Shown: one piece after another, positions 24,871 to 37,929 of the stretch
Layout: every line of letters starts with the position of its first letter
Position numbering within the stretch: the stretch's first letter is position 1
NCBI GenBank assembly: GCA_965645245.1
Contig: OZ287084.1
Location: 806,001 to 870,000, forward strand
Direction of reading: 5' to 3'
DNA from: Massalongia carnosa
Lineage: Eukaryota
DNA: 64,000 nucleotides
Translations under genes and position numbers: made by a program
The notes under the pieces: generated by a model
Told to the model about the DNA's origin: nothing
Seen by the model: only the letters and a program-made list of their open reading frames with translations
Databases searched by the model: none

Positions 24871-26144
24871 TTGACACGATTACAGTGAGCGATGAAGTGC
24901 TCGTTTCATTGCTCAGGTCGTATGTTTCTTCTCCTCTCTAATGTACCAAGTCTGCTCAGTGTCCCTGCTTGGTTTTCTCCATTATAAAGGCCTACGAATG
25001 CATCGGCTCTACATTCCTCTCTGTGGCCTCGATCGTTACTTTAAAGTCAATCAATGGATACACATGCTGAATACATCTCCCAAGCACCATGCAAGACTCA
25101 TTGCTGCAAGCAAGTTTTTCTAACCATTACATGTATCTTGGCCGTTATAGAAGACAGGTAACGAAAGCCGATTATTGGGCGAGTGTATACCACGTCGATA
25201 TTTTTAACCTACGGATTTTCATGATGCCCTCCAGAAAGAATCAATGTCTCCCCAAGTACCTTGATGGCAAAGAGAATGACTATCCCAACTATCATTATGT
25301 TCTAATAATTTTCAAGCCTTAGTTAAGTAAGCAAGGCCTAGGGGTAGAAAACTACCTTAAGGGCTAACATTTCGTAGCGATCGAAATGGTCCGGTTGGTA
25401 TCATAGCTTGTTATATTGCGGATTCTTTTTTCTCACCCCATCGAGATCTACGGCATCAGTGAGAAAGGGGCTATAGATACTATTAACGGGCTTATACCAT
25501 AAGGAGGACTTTTCCGGCTTCCCAGTACTTGGGTAGAGGATCAATTTCGAAAATCGATATCTGATAAGCGTTGCCTTTGATGCTTCCATTTCAACCTCCA
25601 TCATCTAGGATAGAATATATTGCAAGCCTAGAATTGAACTACTTCCTTACCTAGAATTCATGGACTTAGAAGCAAGCAAAGTTACGTGAAGCCCTTTCAG
25701 ACATACTTACGATTCTCATCACATGATATTGTATTATCATTGTATTTAACGGAGTATCGTACAAAATACGGAGTACTGTACAGACTACTAAGCATTTAGT
25801 ATAGTTAGAGTACTTCGTACAAAGTGTTCCGTACGGATACAGGCTTTGGTTACTGCTTCGACCTAACCTCTATGCACCCCTTGAACTTACTTTCTGCTCT
25901 CTGCTGTCATCTATCCCCTACTTAAAAACACTCCAAAAGCTCAACAGTGTATTGAATTACTTGCACTCGTTCTCCTATTCGAGGACCCTATGCGCGCACA
26001 CGGCATGACTCGAGATCGGCTGCCTCGAAACATATAACTTCCCTCGAGCTGCAAACTTCTTCTTGATACTCTGTATTGGCAGCGTCGCTTCGGTTGAAGT
26101 GCTGCAGCCAGAATATTATATCTTCTATGTATCGGCCATGAAAA

Positions 26145-29100
26145 ATGTCGATATCACAGACACCATTGTCTATTCTACCTTCAAACGGCTCCAGCGAGAA
26201 TCGCAATCCTTCTCCTAGACCACCGGCGACTCATGCCGTGGCTGCCGGCTTGGTAAGGACCATAGATGCAAAGCTAGAATGGGAAATCAGAGGCTGATAT
26301 CTTACGGACATGAATAGTCTGGTACATCGGCGTACTCTCTTTTGAACCCTGACGATACCAACGAACGACTTAATTCTTCCCTCGCGCACGGCCTCTCCCC
26401 ATCAGTTGCTGAGGCAAGGCTTCTTCAAAATGGGCCCAACGAGCTCCCACATGAGAAGCCAGAGCCGCTATGGCTTCGATTTCTCAAGCAATTCAAGGAG
26501 ACCCTCATTCTACTGTTGCTTGCCTCTGCAGCCATATCATATGTTATGGGAAATCTGGATGACGCAGTCAGCATTACTATCGCTGTCACGATCGTTGTTA
26601 CAGTAGGTTTTGTGCAAGAGTACCGGTCGGAAAAGTCTTTGGAAGCGCTTAATAAGCTAGTACCGCATTATGCACATGTCATAAGAAGCTCCCCTAATGT
26701 GAAAGCACGGCCGGAGCGGGCTGCTCTGAATCAGGACACTTCCCAAGGAATTGAGATGGGTCCTATGATGGATAGTTCAGGTTCCGCGTCAACGGCTTTC
26801 GAACAAGGCTCCACGACCATTCCAGCCTCCCAGCTGGTAGTTGGAGATCTAGTTATTTTCTCCACAGGCGATCGAATTCCAGCGGACTTACGAATCACAG
26901 GTGCTACCGATCTGTCCATTGATGAATCCAATCTCACGGGGGAGAATGAGCCTGCTTTGAAGCAAACCCATGCTTTAGATCGAGCAGTGATACCTTCAAT
27001 GCTCAGCCCTGCCCGGCCTTCCTCTCCATCATATGCATCTCCAGCAGCTGGTACAGTCGGGACGGATATTAGGTTAAATGAACAAACGAACATTGCCTTC
27101 ATGGGAACCCTAGTCCGTTCTGGCCATGGCCAAGGCCTTGTCATCAGCACGGGGGCTGAAACGGAGTTCGGAGGGATATCCGCATCGTTGCAAGAGATTG
27201 AGAGTCCTCGTACGCCTCTCCAGCTCTCCATGGACCGCTTGGGCCAAGAATTAAGCTATATGTCGTTTGCGGTGATTGGGCTGATCATGATCGTGGGAAT
27301 ATGGCAAGGAAGGCATCTACTCGAAATGTTCACTATTGGCGTCTCCCTTGCTGTCGCGGCAATCCCAGAAGGCCTCCCAATCATTGTAACCGTCACCCTT
27401 GCCCTTGGGGTCTTGAGGATGGCAAAACATGGAGCAATTGTGAGGAGACTGCCCAGTGTTGAGACACTGGGCTCGGTGAATGTTGTTTGTAGCGACAAAA
27501 CAGGTATAGTCTGAGAAGTTTCAAACAATGATGGATGTACCACTGAGAGGTATAGGGACCTTGACTCTCAACCATATGACCGTCACCAAGCTTTGGCACT
27601 TTGATGCCCCTGCTCCTATCGAAGTCAATCGCGATTTAGCCTCGTCTATGCCGGACTCGGCTACACGGACGATATTAAGAGTTGGAAATATTGCCAATAA
27701 CGCGCGGTTATCCCTCTCTCATGCTAACTCGCCAGCAACTGCGTCGTCCGCTGCGATCATGTCCTCAATGCTTGGCCATGATCCGAATGCAGTAAGCGCC
27801 AAAAGCCGCTGGGTAGGTCAGCCAACGGATGTTGCCATGTTGGATTTGTTGGATGCCTTTGGTGAGGACGACGTGCGAGAACGAATTGGTGCTCGCAGCG
27901 CAGAAACTCCGTTTAGCTCTGAAAGGAAATGGATGGGGGTGGTCATCGGTGCGGAGCAAGGCAACGACCAGAACAGCGGGTTGGAAGTTGCCTACATCAA
28001 GGGCGCTCTGGAGCAAATATTAAAGCGATGTGATACATATCTCTCGAAAGATGGGAGAGAAATCATCCTCGACGAGCCGAGGCGACAAGCTGCAATTTCC
28101 GCGGCAGAAGGTATGGCTGGGGATGGTTTGCGCGTGCTTGGATTTGCGAGTGGGTCGAGTAGGGATGCAGCACGGTTAGGAAGAGGCTCAGGAAAAGGAT
28201 CTCAAATGCACAGCCGGAGTAGCACCCCTCGGGCCAAGCTCGAGCGTACCTCATCCCGGCAGGTCAACGAAGAAGCATACAAAGGGCTGGTCTTTGCTGG
28301 CATTGTCGGCATGAATGACCCACCTCGGAAAAACGTCGACAAATCGATACGGCGGCTTATGGCCGGCGGAGTGAAGGTCATCATGATTACCGGAGACGCT
28401 GAAACAACAGCCCTGGCAACTGCTAAGAAACTGGGTATGCCGCTCAGCTCATCAAGATCTAATACCCCTGCGGGATATAGGCCTGTATTAAGGGGCGACG
28501 AATTAGACAGGATGTCAGAACAGGAGTTGGCCAGCGCCATGTCTGGAACAACCATCTTCGCTCGAACCAGTCCTGAACACAAGATGAAGATTGTTCGTGC
28601 ACTTCAATCACGTGGTGATGTTGTTGCGATGACGGGGGATGGGGTTAATGATGCTCCTGCGCTTAAAAAAGCCGATATTGGCATATCCATGGGACTTCTA
28701 GGCACTGATGTCGCCAAAGAAGCAGCCGATATGATTCTAACCGATGACGACTTTTCTACAATACTAAGCGCCATTGAGGAGGGTAAAGGAATATTCTACA
28801 ATATCCAGAATTTCCTGACCTTTCAACTCAGCACCAGCGTTGCAGCGCTCTCCCTGGTCCTGCTTAGTACCTTCCTAGGCTTTCGAAACCCTCTAAACGC
28901 CATGCAGATCCTGTGGATCAGTGAGTCTTCCCCCCATAAGGTACTTACCCTTGCGTCCTAGCCCTTCAACTAAAAAAACACCCCCAGACATTCTCATGGA
29001 TGGCCCGCCCGCCCAATCCCTGGGCGTTGAGCCCGTCGACCCTTCCATTATGAACCGGCCCCCCAGGTCCAAAAACGCGCGTGTCCTCACTCGTGCCCTC

Positions 29101-29532
29101 ATCCAGCGCGTTCTCACTTCAGCCAGTATCATCATGTTCGGCACCCTACTGATATATGTACGCGAAATGGCGGTCGACCACAGCGTCAGTGCACGCGACA
29201 CGACCATGACCTTCACCTGCTTCGTCTTCTTTGATATGTTCAACGCGCTCACGTGCCGCAGCGAGGGCAAGAGCGTGCTCCGGGGAGAGTTGAACTTGAT
29301 TGGGAACCGCATGTTCAACATTGCCGTTGGGGGTAGCCTCTTGGGCCAGATGGCCGTGGTTTACGTGCCGGTGTTGCAGCGCATCTTTCAGACCGAGGGC
29401 TTGTACCTGGAGGATCTGGCGCTGTTGGCAGCGCTAGCGAGCACGGTGTTTTGGGTCGACGAGGGGCGGAAATATCTTCAGGCAAGGAGCCGGGGGAGGA
29501 GGGGATTGGGCGGTTATAGCGGGAATGTATGA
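26145..29532 (+). CDS. PMR1: Secretory-pathway Ca2+/Mn2+ P-type ATPase (P2A)
   Basis: [27 protein letters not shown] (split by intron 27504-27555), [44 protein letters not shown]. Other introns 26253-26317 and 28921-28987. Confidence 0.95.
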
Positions 29533-30036
29533 TTTTTGGTGTATGGGACGGTGGTGTGGCGGGTCAGTTTCCTCTGGGTTCAATGTATAATATCTATGAT
29601 GGGGAAAAGAAGAGGGGGACAGGATCTTTGATATGCATCTAGACGGGCGTTTTCGCATCATCAAGCAATTTGGGCAGTCTTAAAGATGCTGGATGTATTC
29701 TTTCCGGCTGTTTTGCTGCCAAATGAGCAGAGAGGAAGAAAAGCTTTTTGGATTGTCAACGCACACTGCGGTGGTCAAGACCACGCTGCATTGTTTCCCG
29801 TGAGTCGGCCAACAGTCCATCCGTTGAGGATTGACCCCTTCATATTCTTCACCAAAACCTAATTTTTCCAGCCCGCCCTAGTTCTTCACAGCCTCTTCCA
29901 CCCCGACAGCAAATCTTATCCCCCATCCCATACCCCACCCAAACTAGCCCTCTCCCAGCACTAGCGCCAGCACCATCATCAACCCCTCTACATAACAACG
30001 AAAACAAAAAATACAACAGCTCCCCCCTTCCCCCCT

Positions 30037-30811
30037 CTAAAGCTGCCTCATCCTCTCCCCAAGCTTTGTCTTCATAAGCTCCCACCCGTTCGCTATTCCC
30101 TGCTCGCTGAGATCGATGCCCTTGACACCGACCATGTCCTGCTGCGGCGGGCGGGTCACGCGGCTCGCGACGACGACGGGGTCGACTTCCAGCACAATGC
30201 CATCGTCAACGAGCTCGTCGATAGCCAGGCTGACGAGGTCGTAGTTTTCGATTAGGGTGCGTTTATCGGTTGAGTTTCTGGGGTTTTCGGTGAGCGGAGA
30301 GAGGGGTTTGGGTTACTTAGGTGGAGATTTTGAACGAGGCGAGCTGGAAGTTGTTTCGGAGAGGGAAAGTGGGGGGGGGGGGGAGGGGGGGAGGTAGCCG
30401 TTTGACTGGAAAAAAAAAGGAGAAAAGAAGGGGAAGGAGGAACACCAACTTCAGCAACAGCGCCAACGAATCCCTCAGCGCCAGCACCACGCTAAACAGC
30501 AGGATCTCGTTCTCCTCGCCGCCGCCCACCACGTACAGCATCACGTCGCTCTCCATCTTGTACACGACCACCTTCCCATCGTACAGGATTATGTCGCCGG
30601 CCTGCTTGTTCGTCTTGTCCAGCAGGCCCTTCTCGAACGCCTTTTGCGCGGCTAGGGTGGGGTAGGGGGGCGGGGGCGCGAGGGGGGGGCCGGAGCTGGA
30701 GGAGGAGGTGGAGTGGGGGGGGGAGTAGTATTTGGTGAGGATGCGGGAGCGGTCGTCGGTGCTGAGGAGGAGGATGGCGTGGACGGAGAAGAGCGTGAGG
30801 CTGGGGGACAT
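30037..30811 (-). CDS. RET3: Coatomer subunit zeta
   Basis: QKAFEKGLLDKT, DVMLYVVG...ENEILL; intron 30278-30449; second exon NSTDKRTLIENYDLVSLAIDELVDDGIVLEVDP...GIDLSEQG ending in TAG at 30037-30039. Confidence 0.93.
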
Positions 30812-31349
30812 TTTAATTGGAGGAGAGGGGGGAGGCTGGTGGGGTTGAGGGGTCCTGGGAGAGATGGGAGAAGGATGTTATTTAGGGGGGGGGGGTTTGG
30901 CTGGGTTTTGATAGGTAGCACGAGCTTTGAGGCTCTTATTTAAGGTTTGGCTGCATGGACGGAAGCTTCGCCTCTTCGGTACAAGGTAACTAGGTATTTC
31001 AGGGTCGTGACCGTGAAAGGGCGCGAGGGAGAGTTCCTCGGCCTGATGGTTGAGAGAACCGTTGAGAGTTGTTATCAGTAGAGAATGCTGAGCAAACCGG
31101 GCTCATTAAGGGAGATCCTCGTGCTTAGGATTACGTGCGCTGAAACGAAACGGAAAACGGTGATATGTAATTAGATATCCACGCAATCTCGGTATTTATA
31201 TAATCGTCAAGTGCAGACTCAATCAACAGCCAAAAACACCAACAAATGCAGATCCCCAGAAACAGCACATTCATGTATAGAGATGCAATGCTAATAAGGA
31301 AACGAGACGTTCAAAATCCAACATGAAGACTGTCGAATAAGCCTAGCCA

Positions 31350-32550
31350 CTAGATGCCATTTCCTTCCGGGGTAGATTTTTTCGATGATGCTGACCCATC
31401 GTCAAGGCCCCCTCTGCTGCTGCCATCACTTCTCTCTCCATCCTTTGCAGGGTCGTAATCATTGAGCTTCTTAGAACCCGTTCTCGGAGTCGAAGATGTG
31501 TCAGAAGGTAGTTCCTTGTCCTCGATCCCTACGATCCTGCCCGTCTCCGAGTGCTTGTTAGCCTCGTCGTCACTCCCACTGTCGGACTCGTCGTCCCCAG
31601 TATTATTTGGACCGTGGGACCTTCGCCATTCGTTGACGCTTCCTTCATCCCTATCGTCGTAATCGTCGTCTTCGGTCGGGAGCGCCTCATGGTCCGAAGG
31701 CTTTTGCTCCTTGATGAAATTATCGATGATGTAGTATTGAATAGCGTTCATCACGACCGGGAAGAAAAGCATGACGAAGAAGACCTGCACCATCTCGTTG
31801 TTTTCCGTCCATCGAAGGGCCCAATCCCCAACACGGACGATCCACGGACACAGCTGAAAGATCACAAACACACAGAACTTCATACCCAACAGGCCGAGGA
31901 AGTAGATGAAAGACTGCTTTAGCCACCATGACGCCTTCGGGGGTTGACCATAATTGCCAGACTGAATGGATTCGGCGGGCTCGCCAAGCGGAGTGAGAGA
32001 GAAGGCGTGGATCAACAGCCGCAGGAGTACAATAAGGATTGGTATTCCTATAGTGGTCTGTTCATAGAGCATTGCAGTTAGCCAATCGAACCAAGGCGTG
32101 GCAATATACATCAATTCAACCCACATCGATAGCCAGATTGAGCAGGTAAAACGAGCAAGGGTTGGCTTGAAAAGCTCCCGCGCTAGCTAGAGGAACGGCG
32201 AGTTGCCCCGAGGAAAGCATCGACATGAGCAGATTCGCAATGTGGAGCAACATGGAGCCGACGACCTGCTTTGATGCATCGTAGGCCCAAATCTTGAGCG
32301 GCCGTTGGGGTCGCTCCCGCCATCTCTTATAAACCAACGACAATAACGCCAAAGCTCCTAAGGAACCCTGTATTACGAGAGCGAATGGCCCGAGCAGATC
32401 ACATTCTCCATTCTCGGCGCCTGGCCGTGAGCTATCACCAGCGTTCGCCACTGCCGTTGCGACAGCCGTAGCAATCACCATGACCGCAGCTGATGGAGAA
32501 GGGCTGGCTACGCTTAAGAGTAAGGTCGATGAAGCAGGAGGAAATAGCAT
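31350..32550 (-). CDS. STIMATE/YPL162C-like multi-pass membrane protein
   Basis: CDLLGPFA..IQG.LG, KRWRERPQRPLKIWAYDASKQ, NPCSFYLLNLAID|TTIG (intron 32058-32124), SGNYGQPP, QYYIIDNFIK. Start is tentative. Confidence 0.82.
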
Positions 32551-33366
32551 TGATGCTACCTTGACCGGCAGGTATTTTGCAGACTGGTTTGGAAAAGCTT
32601 CATGATCAAGGAACGTCGCATGTGTGGCTGAGACCATGAACAGCCCGGTCTTGTGGACCTTCCACACGTAAAAACCGTAAAGGTTTACAAGGAAGAGACA
32701 AAAGTGCTAATCATGAAAAGGCCATTTATGACAAGGAAAGGGAGGAGGTAGGGTCGATCTTAATTCGTTGAAAGTTTGGAAATCGTAATTTAGCGTTGGG
32801 CCTAGATTCCTTCATCCGAGAAATATGACGCGTAACTATGGCAGGTCAAATCAGGTCGTAAATCTTCCAAGTTGATCACTTTATAAGGAAGATTCACTCA
32901 TGAGGCATTCATGGGCTTTCCACAGGCGGTGCAAGGGGCACGGGGGGAAGGCGGGGGCGGAGATTGTTGGCAACGTATCGTAACCTTGCGCTCTCTACGG
33001 TTTTAACCACAAGCACTTTGTGCTCTTCGTTATGACTGTTGTCAGTACATTAGAAAAAACGTACGAAGAGCTTATAGTTATGACACCAAACACTATGATC
33101 CCATAGAACCGCAAAACTCCTGCGTTCGATATACTTGACGTGTTAATAGGAGCCTATTACTCTGAAAACTCGACATTAGCTACGAACACTGCCAGCGCTT
33201 GGGCATGTCTGTAAATAGTGTTCGCGTGCTTGTATGCACTGATTTCGCTTCCTCGATCGCTGGAACTCCCCACAGAACGCCTCCGACAGGTTACCGATAC
33301 ACAATGATCGAAAAAGTTTAATAATGAGTTCAGTCTCTAAAGTGAAGTAAACCGGAATCCGCGGCA

Positions 33367-34048
33367 TCACTCGATGCCATGCTGGCGTTTGAGTTTTTCG
33401 AGATTTTCCTGTCGCTCGGCAAGATCCTCTTTGGATTTTGCCATTTTCTCAGGCTGATGGTAGAGGACTGTAATAATATGAGCAGAGCATCCTCGTACGT
33501 ATGACAACAAACATGGCTAAGTATGGCAAGGAATGGTGGTTTCGACATACCAACGAGGTATCGATTTTGAAAGTTGAAGCCATTTAGCTTGTCACAAGCT
33601 TGCTTAGCATCCATGACATCCTCGTAAACAACAAAAGCAGTGCCTTTGGTATTGCCTGCAATACCCTGGCGGATTTGACTGGATGCGGCGTCAGTCAACG
33701 ATCATTCAAGTCAGACGAGACCGCAACGAACTGGTGATGCTTTCACTAACCGTACAGGTCCAAATTTTCCAAACAAATCAAAGAGCTCCTCTGGCGTGAC
33801 GTTGTAGCTACACAACTATAGTGAGCTAGATGATCTATCTTTTGGAGCGCTGAAAGAAAGAAGTTATGGAGGGTTCGGCATTCTGTACCTCAGGTTCTTT
33901 ACGAAAAGAGCCCTAGAGAGGAATCAGAATCAGCAGCCACTTTGGATAGAAATAGACTCAGAACTTGGTGATGAGACAAAGGCAATGAGTACTAAAAGGG
34001 AGAAACACACCTGTTCACTTCGGGTGCAAGCTTGCCACCACGACTCAT
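33367..34048 (-). CDS. SF3B6: U2 snRNP branch-site protein p14 (SF3b14a), RRM
   Basis: Five short exons splice to [87 protein letters not shown]...HGIE*. Confidence 0.95.
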
Positions 34049-34502
34049 AGCGGAACGAACCTGATAACTTGTAGATCTTTGAGACAAATCGTAAGATTAG
34101 AACGCACGCTTCTGTTGTTCAATGAGTTGAAGTTATTTTTTGCTTAATATTATTCGTCAGAGATCAAGTATATTTATAGGCTGTACAGCGTTAGATATGC
34201 ACCGTAACCTTACTAGGTATACGGTATTTTTAGCCTCATCGTCATACTTCTCCTAGGCTTTGATCATGATCGGTCTTGCAATCAGCAGTTCATACACCGT
34301 TCTATTACGGTCATAGTGTTGAAATAAAGTTCAACTTCGAAGAGAATACGTCTACTAATTAGATGCTAATACTTCATAGCTCCAATTTGATAACTAAATT
34401 CAGGTATCCTACTTCATTAAGGATGCACAGACCAACTCAGAAACCCCCTTTAATGGGCTCAGAACATTTAACCACAACAGACCCGTTTCCATTTTTACCT
34501 CC

Positions 34503-36682
34503 TCAAGATCTTCGGTCATCTTGATAATTTCCCTCCTCGTCAATGAGGACAATGATGCTCTCTTGACTCGCCTCCGGCGCATGGGTATCCTTCTTCCTTT
34601 CCATTTCCCTAGCCAACGCTGCACTGTCTCTCTTCCCTCGCTCAACGTCCACTAGCATCATAAGAGGCAAAGGAATGAATATCAAAAAAGCTAGGAATAC
34701 AAAGGCAGGTCTAATTTCTCCGTACCTATCTGTAATGGCGCCCACAATCGCAGGGCCAAAAACACTGGATCCTTTATCAGTGATAGCGTATAGCGCGTAA
34801 AACGCCGCTTCTGATCCCGGTGGAATTAACTCCCCGAAAAGACTGCGACAATACGAAGAAAGCCCGCCAAGGACAAAGCCGTATACCGCGCCAAGCGGAT
34901 ACATCTCCCAAGGCTGCTGCAAGCCCAAAAAGCCAAGCCGCTTGATAGCCGGTATATAGCCCAACAGTCCATATATCGGGATAACCTCGAAAAGGCAGAT
35001 GCATGCAATGATGGTTTGAGATGGACGAGCATTGAAGCGGCATGATAGCTTACTCCAAGAAAAGGCCCCCATAACGCCAGATAGTGTCGCAATCACATTG
35101 ATCAGCGCGAGAGCCGGTGGACTCATATGTAGTTGGGTTTTGGCAAAGAGTACCGCGGTGCCACTGACTGTGGCAATCCCATCACTGAGCATAAACCACG
35201 CGCTCAAGAATAGAACGACGTCCTTTAAATGGCGCGCCCGTAGTATGGTTTTGCCTAGCGATTTCCATGCATAGAAGATATAACCTGTCCAGCTCCGATT
35301 CCGCTTTCCTTTGGCCGTAAAGGATAAAGGAGGTCCTGGTCGAGGGCGAAGCCACATAGCGGCTGGTATGGTAAATGAAAGCCACCAGGCGCCAACGAAG
35401 AGAAGAACAAGACGAAGCGCGAATGTTGTTGAGCTGCTTACGTATCTGGTCCCCAGGATGATCAGAATTGCAAGAGTCTGTACCACCACGGCTGCGATGT
35501 AGCCAATACCAATTCCGTGGGACGAGATTCTTGTTGACAGTTGTAATTCAGGAGATGCACGATTAGTGTACCCATGAGAAGTTACTTTACCAGGTGCTAG
35601 TGAAGCCGTAAGCAATGCTACGGATGGGCTGTCTGCATATATTTCGTCGCCGTCAGACACCGTTTCATCAGGTCGAGTATCTTCATGATCTCTTGGGGTA
35701 GGCAAGGGGGTTTGCGAATCATCTTGGATGGATGGATGATGACGAACTAATAATGGTAGGAATGAATTTAACAGCACAAATGATGCGCCGAAGCAGGTAT
35801 TCGAGATAATTGCCAGTACTGCGCCAAGTAGGTAAACCTTAGGAACAATGGCCACAAAGAGCATTGTGGATATGGCGCCAGTAAATGCAAAGGAAAGTAG
35901 GAGTGATTTCCGATAATGACCATGGTCTGCTGCGGCACTCATAGAGATTATCAACAGCGCTTGAATGAGTACACTGAGAGAAAAGGTATACATAGCAAAG
36001 CTAGCCGTGTTGATCTCACGACCAAACAAGTGAATGATACACTGGCCATTGCCTGGACGTAAGGTGGAAGTTAATGCGGCTAGATGTGAAGTTTTGGTAA
36101 TGGCGCGTTGCCTTTCGTGGCCGAAATTTTCTGAGCAAGGAGTTGATTTATCGGAGAGAAGCACGCCTCGGTCGCGTGCTAGTTGCTCAAGAGTGATGGG
36201 AATGAACGAGCCTGCGCAGCGGAAGTAGGCTTAGCTCTCTATTATCAGAATGCAGAAACAATTTTAATACCGACACCGCAGATAACAAAAACCTCGGCAG
36301 CCCATCCATAACTATACCAGCCCGATAGTTCTTTCTTGCTTGTTAACCGCGTATCCTCGCCCGGATAGCTAGGCGGGCGTTTATGAGTTCCTTCATCATA
36401 GCTGGAAGTCATGTTGGGTTGATTGGACGAGGAACCGAGGGAATCTTCGTCATCTGCTTCGAATGATGGTGTAGGGGATTGGCAGGAAGCCTTAGGGCTG
36501 CTTGAGGACTCCCTCTGAGAATAGTTGCCTGAGGATGGCAGCGATGCTGACGGGTCATGGCGAGGAACCTAACAACGAGTAAGATCGCGAGAATGTCCAA
36601 AAAGTGATTTGCAGGCAAGTATGTCAGATGGAAGATGTCAACAAACACGGGGTTTAAGAGCTAGGCAGGCACAACAAACCAT
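34503..36682 (-). CDS. ATG22: Vacuolar amino-acid effluxer Atg22 (MFS)
   Basis: [40 protein letters not shown] (intron 36212-36270), [36 protein letters not shown]. Proposed start is a lone ATG at 36680-36682 followed by intron 36569-36679; alternative start 36412. Confidence 0.9.
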
Positions 36683-37929
36683 AGTGATTTGGTGGATAAG
36701 CGGTCAATCCCTGCGCCATAGGCTCAACCATGATGGGATTCCAAACCGGAAAAATTCCCGAACCGACTGGCGTGCGCTTCTTCCATCGCGTTAAGGTATG
36801 CAAGAGAAAGACAGGGACCTATGGGATTAGTCAGCATTTGTGCTGTTCGCTGTCCAGTAAAGCAATGAACCAGAGTCCAAGGGGGTGATTGATTGATTGA
36901 TGGATGGATATAGAGTAGAAGTAGTATCTATCAAGGAGACAAGCGCATACTACTCTGTTAAAGGATAGCACCAGATCTCTTAACTAGACTCGATGAACAA
37001 ACCGATAAACTCTCTAAACCACGTGCCTAGCTTGCGGGGGAGTTAGGTAGGATCCCGGGCCGTGGTGAGGAAAGCGTCTCAGGGCAGGCACTTTCGTACG
37101 AGTAGTTATATAACTTCTCGTGCGTACCTTTTCTCGAAGACATTCTGGTCCATTTATCTTAGATGTCAATGTTGAAACAAACCACGATACCAAAAACCAA
37201 GGTTGTACGGTACAATGTTGTGTGGCCCATTGAATGTAACTGCCACTACTCTGTAACAAATAGCCCGAGCTACAAACAGCGAATGGAGATCTTATCATAG
37301 ATCACAGATAACTACCTTTGTAAAAGCATAGTAACAAGGATTGAGCTATTGTAAGGAGTACTGTGTACAGATTACTATCGGAAAGATAACGCCGTACCTC
37401 TGTACAGATGGAATACTTAACATCCTCTCTGCTGTACTCTGTGCAGAAGCACTCTGTAAATTATGATTCCCGCTAACATAGATTCGCGGTATTCGTAGCC
37501 CTACAGACTCCAGTAACTGTTACGTGAAACAACTCGGAACAGACACCATTCCGGTGTTCTGGTCTCGGCTGCCTCACATTGCTTCGTCTCCAGATGCACT
37601 ACATTCCTCCAAACTCACTAATCGTCAGCACCGTCATATCTTCTTTGGATATTTTGTGTCTTTACGATTTTGCTTTGCAAATCTCAGCATGACTTACATC
37701 CCATATCTCTGACCATCAATACAGCGTCGGCGCACATTGCTTCAACAAAGACAAGCACGTTCAAACACCAAATTTCAATCGGCTAGGGCTAGCGTGGTCT
37801 CTTCTGGATGATTTTCGCAGAGCGCAAGGCAAAGTCAACAAGCTGCCTGGGGCCAGCAAAGGGAGCGAGGGGGAGGTGGCTGGTGTCGCGGTTGTGGAGA
37901 AAGGCGAGGTGAATGGAGATCCACAAGCC

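Noticed and set aside
24941..25610. Possible relic gene with an intron-like segment (about 25322-25377) and scattered stops
   Set aside because: No recognisable homology, and the best donor does not give a clean frame; needs a translated search.
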